A DNA stretch of 64,000 nt from Candidatus Omnitrophota bacterium (lineage in GTDB: Bacteria > Omnitrophota > Gorgyraeia > Zapsychrales > Fredricksoniimonadaceae), in NCBI GenBank assembly GCA_028870995.1, contig JAGWOI010000002.1, positions 46,463 through 110,462 on the forward strand. Reading direction: 5' to 3'. Below, piece by piece: positions 32,497-44,100 of the stretch; position 1 is the stretch's first letter; each line of letters starts with the position of its first letter. A program made the position numbers and the translations under genes. The notes under the pieces are model-generated. The model ran no database searches, was not told the DNA's origin, and saw nothing but the letters and a program-made list of their open reading frames with translations.

Positions 32497-35442
32497 ATGC
32501 GTTATCTATGGTTCTTAATTATGTTGATTATCATTCCAGCCGCGGCGTCGGCCGAGGGCTGCACGTTGAATGGCAACAACATTTGTGTGGCCTGTCCCTC
32601 TCAATGCAGCATGGCAAGCGGAACATGTTCCTGCACACCTGGAACGACCGTGACGCTCATAGCTACGATCGGCAGCGGGACCCCTTCTCAGAGGATATCT
32701 TTTTATAATAATGGGGCCTTGCTGGGCCAGGGGATTTTCCAATCCTGCACCACCGGTTCATGCACAGCCTGCACAACCAGCGATCCGTGCACCTATACCT
32801 ATGATTTTAATATGCCGGGATGTGCGGTCGGCACGCCCTGTCCGGCGTATTCTATTACCGCCTCTACCAGCAGCACCAATGCTACAGGGTCAAATACCAA
32901 CGGTCCCATTGATCTGGTCGGCAGCAATGAATACCCGAATTTTAAATATGACGGAACGAATTTTAATCCCGCGCTGGACCATAATTTTTCTCATAACAGT
33001 ACCGACTATTGGGTGGCCGGGGACAACCAGATGTGTATGACCAACTGGCCTTATAACGGCAAGACAGCGGCTTTTCCCGACGGAACCTGCGAATGGTTTG
33101 ACGGTCCTGCCCCCTGCAGCGGGAGCGCATGCACCAGCGCCTCCAGGACGCCCTCCCCTCAAAGCACGGTATCCAGCCTCAATGATGTGCTGCACACCTT
33201 TTCGGATTTTGACAAATTCGCCCAATCGATCCTCGGCAAGAGCCTGGAGACCACCACCTCGAGCTTTCACAGCATCTACACGCAAATTGCTGCGTGGGTC
33301 GCTCCCCAATGCGGTTCAGGCAGTTGTCAGCAGGTTAAATGTGCCGACGGCAGCACATGCGGCGCCAACGGGCTGTGCGGGGACGGGGTAACAACCTGCG
33401 ATGCCTGCGCTTTCAACAGGGACAACTGCAACCCCGATGGCCCGGGACGGCTGCTGAGTATTTACAATCCCTATGTGAGCCCGCCGGTGGACAAGCTTAA
33501 AGATTGGAATACAGTCATCACCAGCTGGTTGAATACATCCTTTACCGCAAGCGGGGCCACCAGCAAAATAAGCGGATCTAGTTCTTCCAATCCCGCCGAA
33601 TGGTGTCTGCCCGAAAGAACGGACATGGCTTCCGATGCAACAGAACTTTATTATATCGATAAGAATGCACCGACGGGGACGTGGGGCGACCTTCCGCATG
33701 TGCTGGCCTGTCTAAAATACAATGCCGGTCCCACCAGCGCAGAAACGGCGAACTATTCAGCCTGCGCAAATTCCCTGGTGACCAACAATAGCTGCCTGGA
33801 GAATTTGCCCTCGTCATGTTCGCCGACGGTTTTGTCGACCCCGCTTTTGCCGGCCCCGTCCTTTACTGTCACAGACAGCAACAGGTGTAATGTGTGCAAA
33901 GACGGCAGCTTATGCGGCAGCGGCGGCACAGACAAATGCCAGGACGGCAGCGCCTGTGTCGAGGGGACCTATGCGGACTGGGTGGCCAATCAGTACAGGT
34001 ACGGACCCATTTATAATTACCAAACCTGCTTGAATGTACTTAACGGCGGCTGCGATGACGGCAGCGTCTGCGGCAGCGGCGGGACCAATCCCAATAAATG
34101 TGCAAACGGTAAGACATGCGGCCCCTGCGGCACGACCAATAATTCTTATGCGTCGCAGTCAAGTGTCTGCGCCGCATCGGTGCTGGGACGCTCCTTGACC
34201 GCGGCCTACAGCGGAAGCCGCGGCTGTAACAACACCTTTAAAACCTGGGTCCAGAACAACCTCACGCTTTTTAACGATGAAAGTCCCAAATTCGCCTTGC
34301 GTTATGCGTACCTCAAGGACGTCTATGACAGGGCTATTACACTGCAGCGGATAACCGCTGATGCGGACTATGCACTGCACAACTTCTTTAAGCCCTGCAG
34401 CGGATGCGCCTACGGTAATTGCGGGGACGGCGGCCCTAACAAATGTGGCGACGGCAGCGCGTGCGGGCAGTCGTTATGCCCGGACAACACCACCTGCAGC
34501 TCCGACAGCGATTGCAGCAACGGCGGCTCATGCAATCAATGCGCCGACGGCGGACCGGTGGCCCAGATCATGTATGCACGGACCCAGAAAAAGACCACTG
34601 CCACCCTGCCGAATTCGGTCATCTATGGATGGAGAGACAAGCCCACCTTGGGGCAGTCGCCGTGCGGAACTGCCTGTTCGGACAACAGCCTGTGCGGCAG
34701 CGGCGGCACAGGCAAATGTCAGAACGGCAGCGCGTGCCAGCCGCTGGGCTGCGAGCACATTGTCAGGGTCACGGCCTTCTCGCCCGGCCGCACCGGCGGT
34801 AACGGCGTCTTTCAAGACAGGCTGCCGTGGATCGATTCCTATACTTCCGATTGGGGATTCACGCAGAACTATGAATTGACCCAGCGTGACGGTTATGTGT
34901 ACGTCGGGATAGAGCGCTGGGACCAGCCCCATACCAGTGCGGTGGCCTTCCCTAACAAACGTTCTTTGTGGCAATTCATGTTTACGAATCCAGGAGCTGC
35001 CCAATCCAACATTTCTCAAGACACGGATCCCATCGATGCCTGTTCAACGACGGCGTATTCCCAGTTCGGCCTTCCGGCAGGCCAGAAAATAGGACTTGGC
35101 ATCACGCAGCAAATGGCAGAAGGGCTGGCTTATTATAGCAGCAAGGGCCAGTTATTGGCGCCGGATGTGGATGCACTGGGCGGGGCATTTATGCTTAACG
35201 ACAGGTCTAATGGAGGGAGGATCGATCCTTTTGCCGTCGCACATGGGGCCGGCGTCGGCGGAGACTGCACGCGGGCGGTTTCGGCCTTGCTGGAAATGGG
35301 GGTCAAGAGCCATGCCTGCGCCAGGTATGTGGCGGACATCAGGTGTCCTGCCGGAGGGTCGGACTCGGGAGCGGGCGATTATTGCATTCAGTTTGTCGAC
35401 TGCAATAAATTGGGCAGCACACCGACCAGTGACGGCCCTTAA
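32497..35442 (+). CDS. secreted 981-aa cysteine-rich repeat protein (candidate adhesin)
   Basis: Sec signal MRYLWFLIMLIIIPAAASA followed by EG. Recurrent DGSxCGSGGTxKCQxGSAC modules. GGAGGGG SD. Confidence 0.65.
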   Translation: MRYLWFLIMLIIIPAAASAEGCTLNGNNICVACPSQCSMASGTCSCTPGTTVTLIATIGSGTPSQRISFYNNGALLGQGIFQSCTTGSCTACTTSDPCTYTYDFNMPGCAVGTPCPAYSITASTSSTNATGSNTNGPIDLVGSNEYPNFKYDGTNFNPALDHNFSHNSTDYWVAGDNQMCMTNWPYNGKTAAFPDGTCEWFDGPAPCSGSACTSASRTPSPQSTVSSLNDVLHTFSDFDKFAQSILGKSLETTTSSFHSIYTQIAAWVAPQCGSGSCQQVKCADGSTCGANGLCGDGVTTCDACAFNRDNCNPDGPGRLLSIYNPYVSPPVDKLKDWNTVITSWLNTSFTASGATSKISGSSSSNPAEWCLPERTDMASDATELYYIDKNAPTGTWGDLPHVLACLKYNAGPTSAETANYSACANSLVTNNSCLENLPSSCSPTVLSTPLLPAPSFTVTDSNRCNVCKDGSLCGSGGTDKCQDGSACVEGTYADWVANQYRYGPIYNYQTCLNVLNGGCDDGSVCGSGGTNPNKCANGKTCGPCGTTNNSYASQSSVCAASVLGRSLTAAYSGSRGCNNTFKTWVQNNLTLFNDESPKFALRYAYLKDVYDRAITLQRITADADYALHNFFKPCSGCAYGNCGDGGPNKCGDGSACGQSLCPDNTTCSSDSDCSNGGSCNQCADGGPVAQIMYARTQKKTTATLPNSVIYGWRDKPTLGQSPCGTACSDNSLCGSGGTGKCQNGSACQPLGCEHIVRVTAFSPGRTGGNGVFQDRLPWIDSYTSDWGFTQNYELTQRDGYVYVGIERWDQPHTSAVAFPNKRSLWQFMFTNPGAAQSNISQDTDPIDACSTTAYSQFGLPAGQKIGLGITQQMAEGLAYYSSKGQLLAPDVDALGGAFMLNDRSNGGRIDPFAVAHGAGVGGDCTRAVSALLEMGVKSHACARYVADIRCPAGGSDSGAGDYCIQFVDCNKLGSTPTSDGP

Positions 35443-35454
35443 CAAAGGCTTGTT

Positions 35455-35796
35455 ATGCGAATAACCAATAAAAAAGCGGCTTCCATTCTCGAGTTCGTGG
35501 GGCTTTTTCTTATCATCATCACGGCCTTTCTGATCATGAGAAACTACATCCAGCGGGGCATTTACGGCGCCTCAGCCAAGGCCGGCCGAAGTTTTGCGTA
35601 CGGCAGGCAATATGACCCTCAAAAAACTATTGAATGCGCCTTTGATGACGTCACCAACCAGTGGTATGATTATAATTGCTTTGAATATTATAAAAGCCTG
35701 GACGGCTGTAACAATGTCAGCTGTAGAACAAATATTATCGTTAATAATTGTGGAGCAACCAGCGGCAGTTATTGCAATAATTTAGGAGCCCCCTAG
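35455..35796 (+). CDS. Flp-like prepilin with a Cys-containing C-terminal part
   Basis: MRITNKKAASILEFVGLFLIIITAFLIM. Shares YIQRG...YDPQ with the 25150 and 26980 pilins. Confidence 0.6.
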   Translation: MRITNKKAASILEFVGLFLIIITAFLIMRNYIQRGIYGASAKAGRSFAYGRQYDPQKTIECAFDDVTNQWYDYNCFEYYKSLDGCNNVSCRTNIIVNNCGATSGSYCNNLGAP

Positions 35797-35814
35797 AACC
35801 TAAGACCATAGTTT

Positions 35815-36675
35815 ATGATCCTCATTGTTTCTTTGGCCTTATTATTCGCATCAGTTTACCTGCTGGTCGTCAACCTTGCCCCGCTGGCCGCTGCCAAATA
35901 CAACCAGATCAATGAAACGCAGGCCCAGTCGGTCGTCGGGAAGGTGGACCGGTACCTGCGCGAGGATGAAATCAAGAAGCTCTACCGTCTGACCGTATTT
36001 GGTCCGGTGGCCATAGGGATCGTCGGTTTTATCGTCTTTCCCGGGGATACCCATTGGGCAGGGCTTTTGATCGGTGCCGTCTGCGGGTTTATCCTGCCGC
36101 GCATGTATGTCAACCATTTGGTCAAGGGCCGCGCCAAAAAATTCGATGACCAGCTGATCGACGCCATCATGATCATGTCCAGTTCTTTCCGCGGAGGCTT
36201 GAGTCTGGTGCAGGCCTTTGAATCGGTTGCCGACGAGATGCCTGATCCAGCCAAAGGCGAATTCGGCATCGTTTTGGGGGAGAACAAAATGGGCGTGTCT
36301 TTGGACGAATCCCTTAACCGGTTTTACCGGCGCATGCCTTCTCCGGCCATGCAGCAGATGGTGACCGCCATTTTGCTGGCGCGCGAGACAGGCGGCAACC
36401 TGCCGGTCATTTTCTCACGCATCGTCAACAGCACCCGAGAACGCAAAAAAATAGAAAAGAACCTGCAGACCCTTACCCTTCAAGGCAAGATCCAGGCTCT
36501 TGTCATGACCGGCCTGCCCATATTTTTCTTTTTTACCGTCTCAGGATCGAACCCTCATTTTTTTGACACCATGCTTAATTCGGAGATGGGGCACAAACTT
36601 CTTATTATTTGCGCAGTCTTATGGATATTAGGGGCGTTAACCGTCATGAAAATATCGACGTTCAAGGATTTCTAA
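35815..36675 (+). CDS. tadB: Flp pilus assembly inner-membrane protein TadB
   Basis: 286 aa with the T2SF-like domain and TM pattern typical of TadB. Confidence 0.8.
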   Translation: MILIVSLALLFASVYLLVVNLAPLAAAKYNQINETQAQSVVGKVDRYLREDEIKKLYRLTVFGPVAIGIVGFIVFPGDTHWAGLLIGAVCGFILPRMYVNHLVKGRAKKFDDQLIDAIMIMSSSFRGGLSLVQAFESVADEMPDPAKGEFGIVLGENKMGVSLDESLNRFYRRMPSPAMQQMVTAILLARETGGNLPVIFSRIVNSTRERKKIEKNLQTLTLQGKIQALVMTGLPIFFFFTVSGSNPHFFDTMLNSEMGHKLLIICAVLWILGALTVMKISTFKDF

Positions 36676-36676
36676 T

Positions 36677-37585
36677 ATGGCCCTAGCCCTTTTGCTTTTT
36701 TTTCTGGCTGGTTTTGGTCTGATCATTGGGATTTGGCCTCTGGCCATCGATAACCGGCCAACATTAAAGATGTCCGATGATCCCTTTGCGGATTTAAGAC
36801 CGACGGGCGCGCCGGTTAAAAGGAAGGGGCTGGCGGCCGCATTCTCGGCAGTGACCGGCAAGCTGGCCATATTCAACCGGCCCCTGGCAGCCTCCTCTAC
36901 GGGCAGGCGCATGTTTAAGGACCTGTCCACCGCCCGGATCAACATGTCGGTCGAAGAGTTTTTTCTTCTTAAGGAGATCCTGGTAGGCGGCATGGTCCTG
37001 CTGGCTTTCAAGCTGGGCAGCGGCAGCGATTTCTTTACATTTTCTCTCTTGATGAGCATTGCCTTGGGCTACATGCTCCCGGAAATGTGGCTTAAATCGC
37101 GGATCAAGAGGATCAAGGATGATATTCTGAGGAATTTGCCCGATACTGTGGACCTGTTGGGGCTTTGCGTCAATGCCGGGCTGGATTTTATGATGGCGTT
37201 AAAGTACGTGGTCGAAAAATCAAAACCCACCGTCATTATTGACGAGCTAAGAAATATGATGCAGGAGATCAATGTAGGCAAGCCCAGAAGGGATGCCTTA
37301 AGGGACCTGGCCAAGCGCTATGACCTGCCTGATTTGTCCACCTTTTCCCGTACCTTGATCCAGGCTGACCGCATGGGAACTTCGGTTACAGAAGCGCTCA
37401 ACATCCTCTCTGAGGACATGCGTGAGGCCCGTTTCAGGAGAGGGGAAGCGTTGGCTCTAAAAGCCCCTTTAAAGATGATGATACCTCTGCTCTTTTTTAT
37501 TTTCCCTGTGGTGGCCATATTGGTTGCAGGTCCAGTATTCTTAGACTTCTTCCAAAACAATCCTCTCAAAAACCTTGGTCATTAA
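36677..37585 (+). CDS. tadC: Flp pilus assembly inner-membrane protein TadC
   Basis: 302 aa, a T2SF-like paralogue immediately after tadB. Confidence 0.8.
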   Translation: MALALLLFFLAGFGLIIGIWPLAIDNRPTLKMSDDPFADLRPTGAPVKRKGLAAAFSAVTGKLAIFNRPLAASSTGRRMFKDLSTARINMSVEEFFLLKEILVGGMVLLAFKLGSGSDFFTFSLLMSIALGYMLPEMWLKSRIKRIKDDILRNLPDTVDLLGLCVNAGLDFMMALKYVVEKSKPTVIIDELRNMMQEINVGKPRRDALRDLAKRYDLPDLSTFSRTLIQADRMGTSVTEALNILSEDMREARFRRGEALALKAPLKMMIPLLFFIFPVVAILVAGPVFLDFFQNNPLKNLGH

Positions 37586-37602
37586 TTCAGAGTGGAAATT
37601 AT

Positions 37603-37666
37603 AAATATCCATTCTGAATGGAAATTTAGATTTTAATATCCAATCTGAAATAAATATCCATTCTAC
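37603..37666. repeat. three direct copies of AATATCCAWTCT; the first is embedded in the palindrome CCATTCtGAATGG
   Basis: Copies at 37603-37621, 37635-37650 and 37652-37666 in the AT-rich tadC-downstream spacer. The palindrome spans 37609-37621. Confidence 0.4.
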
Positions 37667-37870
37667 TTAACATCTCCCGCTGGAAACGGTCTTATTCCTT
37701 TTATTGCTTCTAAAGCATAAATTTTGTTCCAAATCAACGTTTTTGGCTTAGAAAGCGCTTTCTATACTTTAATTTAGAAAAAATAATATCCCTTTTACAA
37801 TGAATTTTTATTATTTTTTCATTAAGGACAAAACTATTTGAAATATATGGGGTTATATCTCAATCTAAAT

Positions 37871-37899
37871 TTGCCAAAAGGTGGTCATCTGTATATAAT
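37871..37899 (+). promoter_or_regulatory. near-consensus sigma-70 promoter (TTGCCA, 17-nt spacer, TATAAT) upstream of the giant gene
   Basis: -35 at 37871-37876 and -10 at 37894-37899. Predicted TSS is near 37906. Confidence 0.45.
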
Positions 37900-37954
37900 A
37901 TGCTATACTTCAGGTGTCGACGACAAATCAGTCCCTTTGAAGCACCTGAAAACA

Positions 37955-38110
37955 TGAGCCAAGACTTGGAAAACACATCTGACATGCCCCAAGAGCAGAA
38001 GCAGAATTTTCCTGAAGCTCAAGAAAATTTTGCTGATTCCGTTGTTTTGGCCCCCCAAACACCTGCAGCAGACGCCACCCCTTTTGTCAGCCGCTTCAAT
38101 CAATGGATGA
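37955..38110 (+). CDS. possible 51-aa leader ORF overlapping the giant ORF start by ATGA
   Basis: MSQDLENTSDMPQEQKQNFPEAQENFADSVVLAPQTPAADATPFVSRFNNG. Its stop TGA 38108-38110 overlaps ATG 38107. It has no SD of its own, so this is speculative. Confidence 0.25.
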
Positions 38111-41100
38111 AGGTTATCGCTATAGTAGTTCTGGCGGCCTTTGTCCCTAATCAGGCCAGCTGGGCTTTTGGATATAACCCGTCCGTGCTTTACCGGAACC
38201 TGCCGGTTGCTCCTGTGCAGGATGAAGAAGGTATCGTCTTACCCCAACCGGCCATGCCGGGCGTTCAGGTTGCGGACAGCATGGAGTATTTGCTTAAGCA
38301 AATCCAGAACAAGCCCAAGCTGCGTCTGGAGCTTAACCTGAATGCCGGTTCCAAGGCGCACACCTTGGAAATCGATACCAAAACGACTTTTACTCCTGAC
38401 AAGATCACCCGGATTTCACAATGGCTGAAGACGCCCAATTTGAACGTGCTTAATTGCGGCGTGTATGCCCTGAAAGATATTTTAGAAGCCAACGGTATTA
38501 AGCGTTCCTTGCAGGAAGTTTCGGTGATGACCCTGTCCGTGGACATCATGGCGGACATCATCAAGGTGGGCGAGCCGAAATTAAAAACCACCCTTTTTGC
38601 CATCAACAAGACAGCCCAAGCGCTGGGGCTTAAGTACCAGAGCCTGAAGGTTTTGCCGCAAGATGAATTGAATCTGCCGACACCTTTTATTGCCCATTTT
38701 AAGAATGAGCATTTTGTGACGGTCCAGAAAGCCGTGGGCGGCGAAGTTTACTATACCGATCTTGATTATCCGCATATCGTCAAAGCTGGGGATTTCCTGA
38801 AAAATGCCGATGGGTTTGTTTTGGCTCAACCAACAGAAGGCATAACCGCTAAAGCCGTTCCCGAATCTCTGCAAGCCTTTGTTTGGGGCGATAAATGGCG
38901 CGACATGTCCCAGAACCTGCCGGGGATCGTGTCCGGAGCTCAGCTGGGCATTCAAATAGCCATCTTAGTTCTTAGGATTGTTTTGAGTTTTGTTCCGTAT
39001 GTGGGCACAGGCATCGAGTTTGCCATGTTTGCTTATGAAGTCAGTCAATTGGCCCAAGCCTTGGCTACCATCTGTGTCATGAAGGGCGCTTGCAGCCAGG
39101 ATGAAGCCTTTCTTCTAAGCACAGCCATTACAGCAGCTTTTACCTCGGGTTCAGTATTAGGTTTTGCCATGTCCATTGGAGAAGCGTATATGGACAAGGA
39201 AATTATTGAAGCCATCAACAGCGCGATCTGCCCTCATCCCAGCCAATGCAGTGATACGAGTTTAATCCTTGAGTCAGCGGCAGACGTGGCGGCCACCTCC
39301 GTTGCCAATGCAGCGGCAAACGCCGTGGCGAGTGCGGTTGCGGACGCGGTCAGCAATGCAGTTTCTTCCGGTTCCGGCACAGATCCTAATTCGGGCGGCC
39401 CTGGACCTTCTAATAATGGAAGTCCAGGAAGCGGGCCAAGTCAAAATCCTCCGGCCAACAACGCGCCGGCCTCTAATCCAGGATTAACCGGCCCGGCCGG
39501 AAGTCCTGTATCAAGCCCGACAAGCCCCACACCGACAACTACGCCGACGCCCCTGTGGGCTGACCTGCTCGGAGTAGGCAATAATTCCTCGTCTCCTTCC
39601 GTTGCCCGTCCGACCAATTTTTTTGAAGACTTTGGAGACAGGCTGGAAGCCTCTTTTTATCAGCAACTCCCGCAGGTGGTGGGCGACGTCGCGGGGATGA
39701 CGGCAAGGCTCATTGCCTATAAAGCATTCGGGGTTAAAGCCAATGATAATGTTTCCCAGGCGCTGGGGCTGGCTTTCAATGCCGTGGGTCAGTTAGCCGG
39801 AGAAGAGATTGATCATGAGATATCCTCAACAAACCCAAACAACCCATATCGCAATGGGATCAGCAGTCAGCAGCTTTGGGGGACGGTCATTAAGGCCTCC
39901 ATTGATTTGGGCATGGGGTTCGCGGCGGATGCGGCGATTGGCAAATATGACGATAAAAAGGCCAAGGAGAATGCCGCCTATGCCAATAACTATGCTTATC
40001 AACAGGCGGAGTTTTTCGGAATCGTAGCCTTGACTGCCAGCGCCGCCATGGCAGGCTACATGGCATTGACCACAGATGTGCCCGCAAATTCCGTGACAGG
40101 TAAGAAACCCGGGTTCTTGGATAAGTTTGGACTGGCCCTATTTGCTCCAGGGGAGTTGGCGGCGTCGGCTGTTACCACTGATATCAACGGCAAACCCGTT
40201 ACGGTCACTCAAAATATAGATAGCAATACTCCTTCAGTTTTAGGAAGCACGGCCGTCAATTTCGGCGGCATGAATTATGCCGTACAAAGCGTGGCACCCG
40301 GAACTCCTTATTCGGAGGTGTCAGGGACAGCGCCCGGATCCGGATTTACGGATGTTTGGCAAGTCGATCCTCAAACCGGCAAAAGCTTTCTTAAAGTAGA
40401 TGGGCTTGGCAATTACATGAACTTTATGCAGGTCCAGGGGCAAATGACAGGATGGACTCCTGAAAGGGTCGCAGGCGATGACATGTCCTGGAATGAGATG
40501 AAAAAGAATAATAAGGCGGTCTATAATGCTCCAGGTCATTTTGACGGTCTTATTTCATATACGCCGGCCACCCCCGCTGCTTCCGATAGTGAATTGCATG
40601 ACCAATTCCTGCTTGGCGAATTCGAATCCCGCTCTATCGGGATGCCCGGCCTTGCCCCTGATTATATCGCTGGACAATTTCAGGAAGCGGCAAACGAGGG
40701 GGCATTTAATGCATTCTCGTTAGGTATGTATGCAATTGCTGACAGGATGGCCAAAGAATATACTCCAACAGGAGTAGACCACTTGCAAAACGGGATAAAT
40801 GTCTATAGTACCGGGGATGCAGCTGGCGGCACCGTGGTTGGCGGAGATTATAACGCGCAGACCAATACTTTAACAGTTGCCCCAATGAGAGATTTCTTGT
40901 TAAGCATAGGGCTTCCGGATTTTCAGTTTGCTGCTACCGAGAGCGGTCAGCTTGCTATTGGCCAGGCCCATAAGGATTTGAATAAGGGGCTTTATTTTGA
41001 AGGCGAGACATCTGGCGGAGAGCAGGTAAATCAAAGTTTAAATGGCCCCGAGAAAACTTTAGAAAGGGGAACCCTTCAACCCTCAAATAGCAATATTCAA

Positions 41101-44100
41101 ATGTTTTCTCCGGCAATGTTTGCCGGATCTTTGCCTGCGGCAGGTTCTAACAATGAGGAACCCACAACGATCAAGCCGGACTCTAATCAGGAGGAGCCTA
41201 CGGCGATCAAGTCAGACGAGGGAACAAATACTTTGCAAGGAGCGCCTCTAAACGGGTCGGCTAACAAAGCCGAACAGAATCCCGCTCAAAACACCAATGA
41301 CCAGCAGAAGCCGTGGACAGTTTATCTTTCACCCGTACAAAACAATTCAACTGGGGCTCAGCAGGGAGTAGCTGTTCCCACAGCGGACGTTTTGGAGGGC
41401 AAGGTCAATCCTTCCGATCCTTTGTCCATCGCAAATTATATTGTACATGGCGGAGTGGTGTTCATGGTCAATTCTCCGGGCTCCACTTCAGACGCTCCGT
41501 TTTCAATCATTTCAGGGTTCGCTTCATTTAATACGCCCGCAGGAGGCAGGGGAACTTTAGCGGTTGTCAATGGCGGCCTTGATTATATGCCATTCAATGC
41601 TTTTTATGGGGCAACGGGCATGACAACTAAGGTGATTTCCGGCAATGGCGCTGCGGGCGGTTCCCAACAGACCACGGTATCCGTGCCGGGAGCGCCGATT
41701 GCTCCGGGCGCCGGCGGTTTCGGTCTTTTGAACAACGGTTCTTCTGAGGGGCAAGACATCAACTCTCCCGAGACACAATCTCCTTCAACCAGCACCACTC
41801 AGTCTGCGCAAGGAAACAATGGTCAGGCGACCTCAAATGTCGGTCAGGGCATTCAAGCCCTCGGAGAAGTGGCATCTTTGTTTGGGCTTCCGGGGGGTAG
41901 TTTAATATCAAGTATCGGTGCAGGAATCAACAATGTCATCGCCGGCGAAGCGACACAATCGGCGTCGCCCAACACCACCACCAAGGGAATACTTCAGACT
42001 TTTGGAAGCGGCATGGCGGAGAATGGCTCTCCTATCATTGGCGGGCTAGTGGCGGCATTAGGCAATAAGATTGACCAGGAAGGCGCTTCCAATACCGGCA
42101 CATCAGACAAAGAAGTTTTGGCGGCTCTGGAGACGGCGAAAAAGAGCGGCGGGCTTATCCCTCCGACCGATGCCCAGATCAAGGTGGCATTGGCCAAGGG
42201 ATTCATTCAACTGGATGCTGAGGGGAACCTTCCTTATGTATACAGACCATGGGGCTCTTCTCAAGCTGGTCTTGCCCCGCAGGCCGGAGGGTTAAATAAT
42301 CCATATGCCGCCAGCGGCCCGACTTTTTGGGGAACTGTTGCCAACGATTGGGCCCATCCCTGGGCCAATGTGGATCAGATTAAAGCGCTGAGAACACAAT
42401 ACTTCCCTCAGGGAGCAACGGACCAACAATTAGTTTATGTAGCTACAAGCGATGATCCGCAGGCAGTGGCCGCTAGAAATAAATTTGTCGGCGCCGGGCT
42501 AGAATCATTCCGGTTGAGCAATGGCACTGAAGTGGCGCTTAAGGGGGCTGTTCTTAATTTTAATCCGGGAGACACTGGAGAATACCTTGCGGCCCTTCCG
42601 TCAACCGGGAATGCGTATGCCTTTTATGGCAACTACAATTTTAAAACGCAGGGAAACCTAAACGGCGTTTCACAAATAGTGCCGGTCCTTGTCAGCAATG
42701 AATGGCAGCAGGGATTAGGCCAGCCTGGAACAGAGGGACAGGGCGGTCTAGTGGCAGCAAATGTTCAACAGGCGCTTTATAAAATGGAAGGTGCAAGTGC
42801 TGCCAAGAATCAGATTGTCAATGCAACGGTTCCCGTTAATATGCTCGCGGGGACACAGATTCCTGAGCCAACGCCCGGCCTTACGGTTGATTACAATTCA
42901 GGCAATGTCCTGGCCGCACCTGGTATTGTTCAGGAGGCAAACTCGTTCGGGACAATGACAACAATGAACGGAAAAACATCCTCTCCGTTGGCGCTGGACT
43001 CTTATGCCATAGCAGGCAACGGGAAGGATTTGATTGTCGGCAATGGGCAGCTTCCCGGCAAAGCCTTTGTAGGCTATCCAGGACTGCAGAACAACGATGC
43101 TTCCGTAGGTGAGAAAACCAGCTATACCACCAGTGCTAACTTTTCCTTAGCGCCGACAAACAGCCGTGCAGTGGGTGCGGGAGAAGGATATTTCCAATTC
43201 GCCATCCAGGGCATAAATTGGGCAAAGCCGGATGTCGCTCAAAAGGTCGGCGTGCAGGACATCAACTTTACTCCCGGCGCAATGGTAGAGCGGACTAACG
43301 GGGCATACGAATTTCCATTATTACCGGGCAAGACGGTTACCGGCAAGGGGGTTTTGCAGTACATTCTTCCAACAGCCCACAATAGTTTCGGGATTAAACC
43401 CTTAACAGGTGCACCGGAAACTTTTATTAAAAACACTGCTTTCGAGGCAGTTGTGGCTCCCGCTGACAAAACCATCATCAACGGCAACATTGATGCCAAT
43501 GTTAAGTTTGGATACGGCTGGAACGGAACTTCAAACGCTTGGGATGTATCTGCGGCTCAAAGTCAAGTTGATAAAAATTCTGTATTGACCAGCGGAGTCG
43601 ATCACCGCACGGCACTTGCCCGGCTTTGGTCTTCCCAGGGAGCTTGGGGTTTTGTTGCGACACCCACGGATGACTCAAGTACTTTTATTGTTCACGCTTC
43701 CGGCCCGGCGCAAGCTTTAACCGTGACACCGTCATTGCCATCGGCCGTGCCGGCCAATCCTCCTGCACAACAACCCTATCAAGGCATCCGGCTAGGAGAT
43801 GTTTATCAAATCTACGGAGCAGTGGATTTGAATCCTTCCGCGGACAGGATCCTTTTGGGGACAGGGACACAGCTGCCAATAGTATTAATGAGGAATGCCA
43901 AAGGAGACATAGAGGCAACCTCCATGCTGGGAGCGCCGGGCACGACGCTGCATATGCCGGCCGGTATGCAGGTGGGGGATGTGGTTGTGGCCAACACGGA
44001 TCATAATCCGGCGTCGAACAATGAGATGGCGGTGGCGGTTGGTCTTGATAACAAAAATATGGTTACCAAGACGTATACTGGCGAAGGGATGAGTTTTGTA

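Noticed and set aside
37603-37666. Possible CRISPR-like repeats
   Set aside because: Only three short 12-16-nt degenerate copies with irregular spacers. There are no cas genes. Better explained as protein-binding sites.
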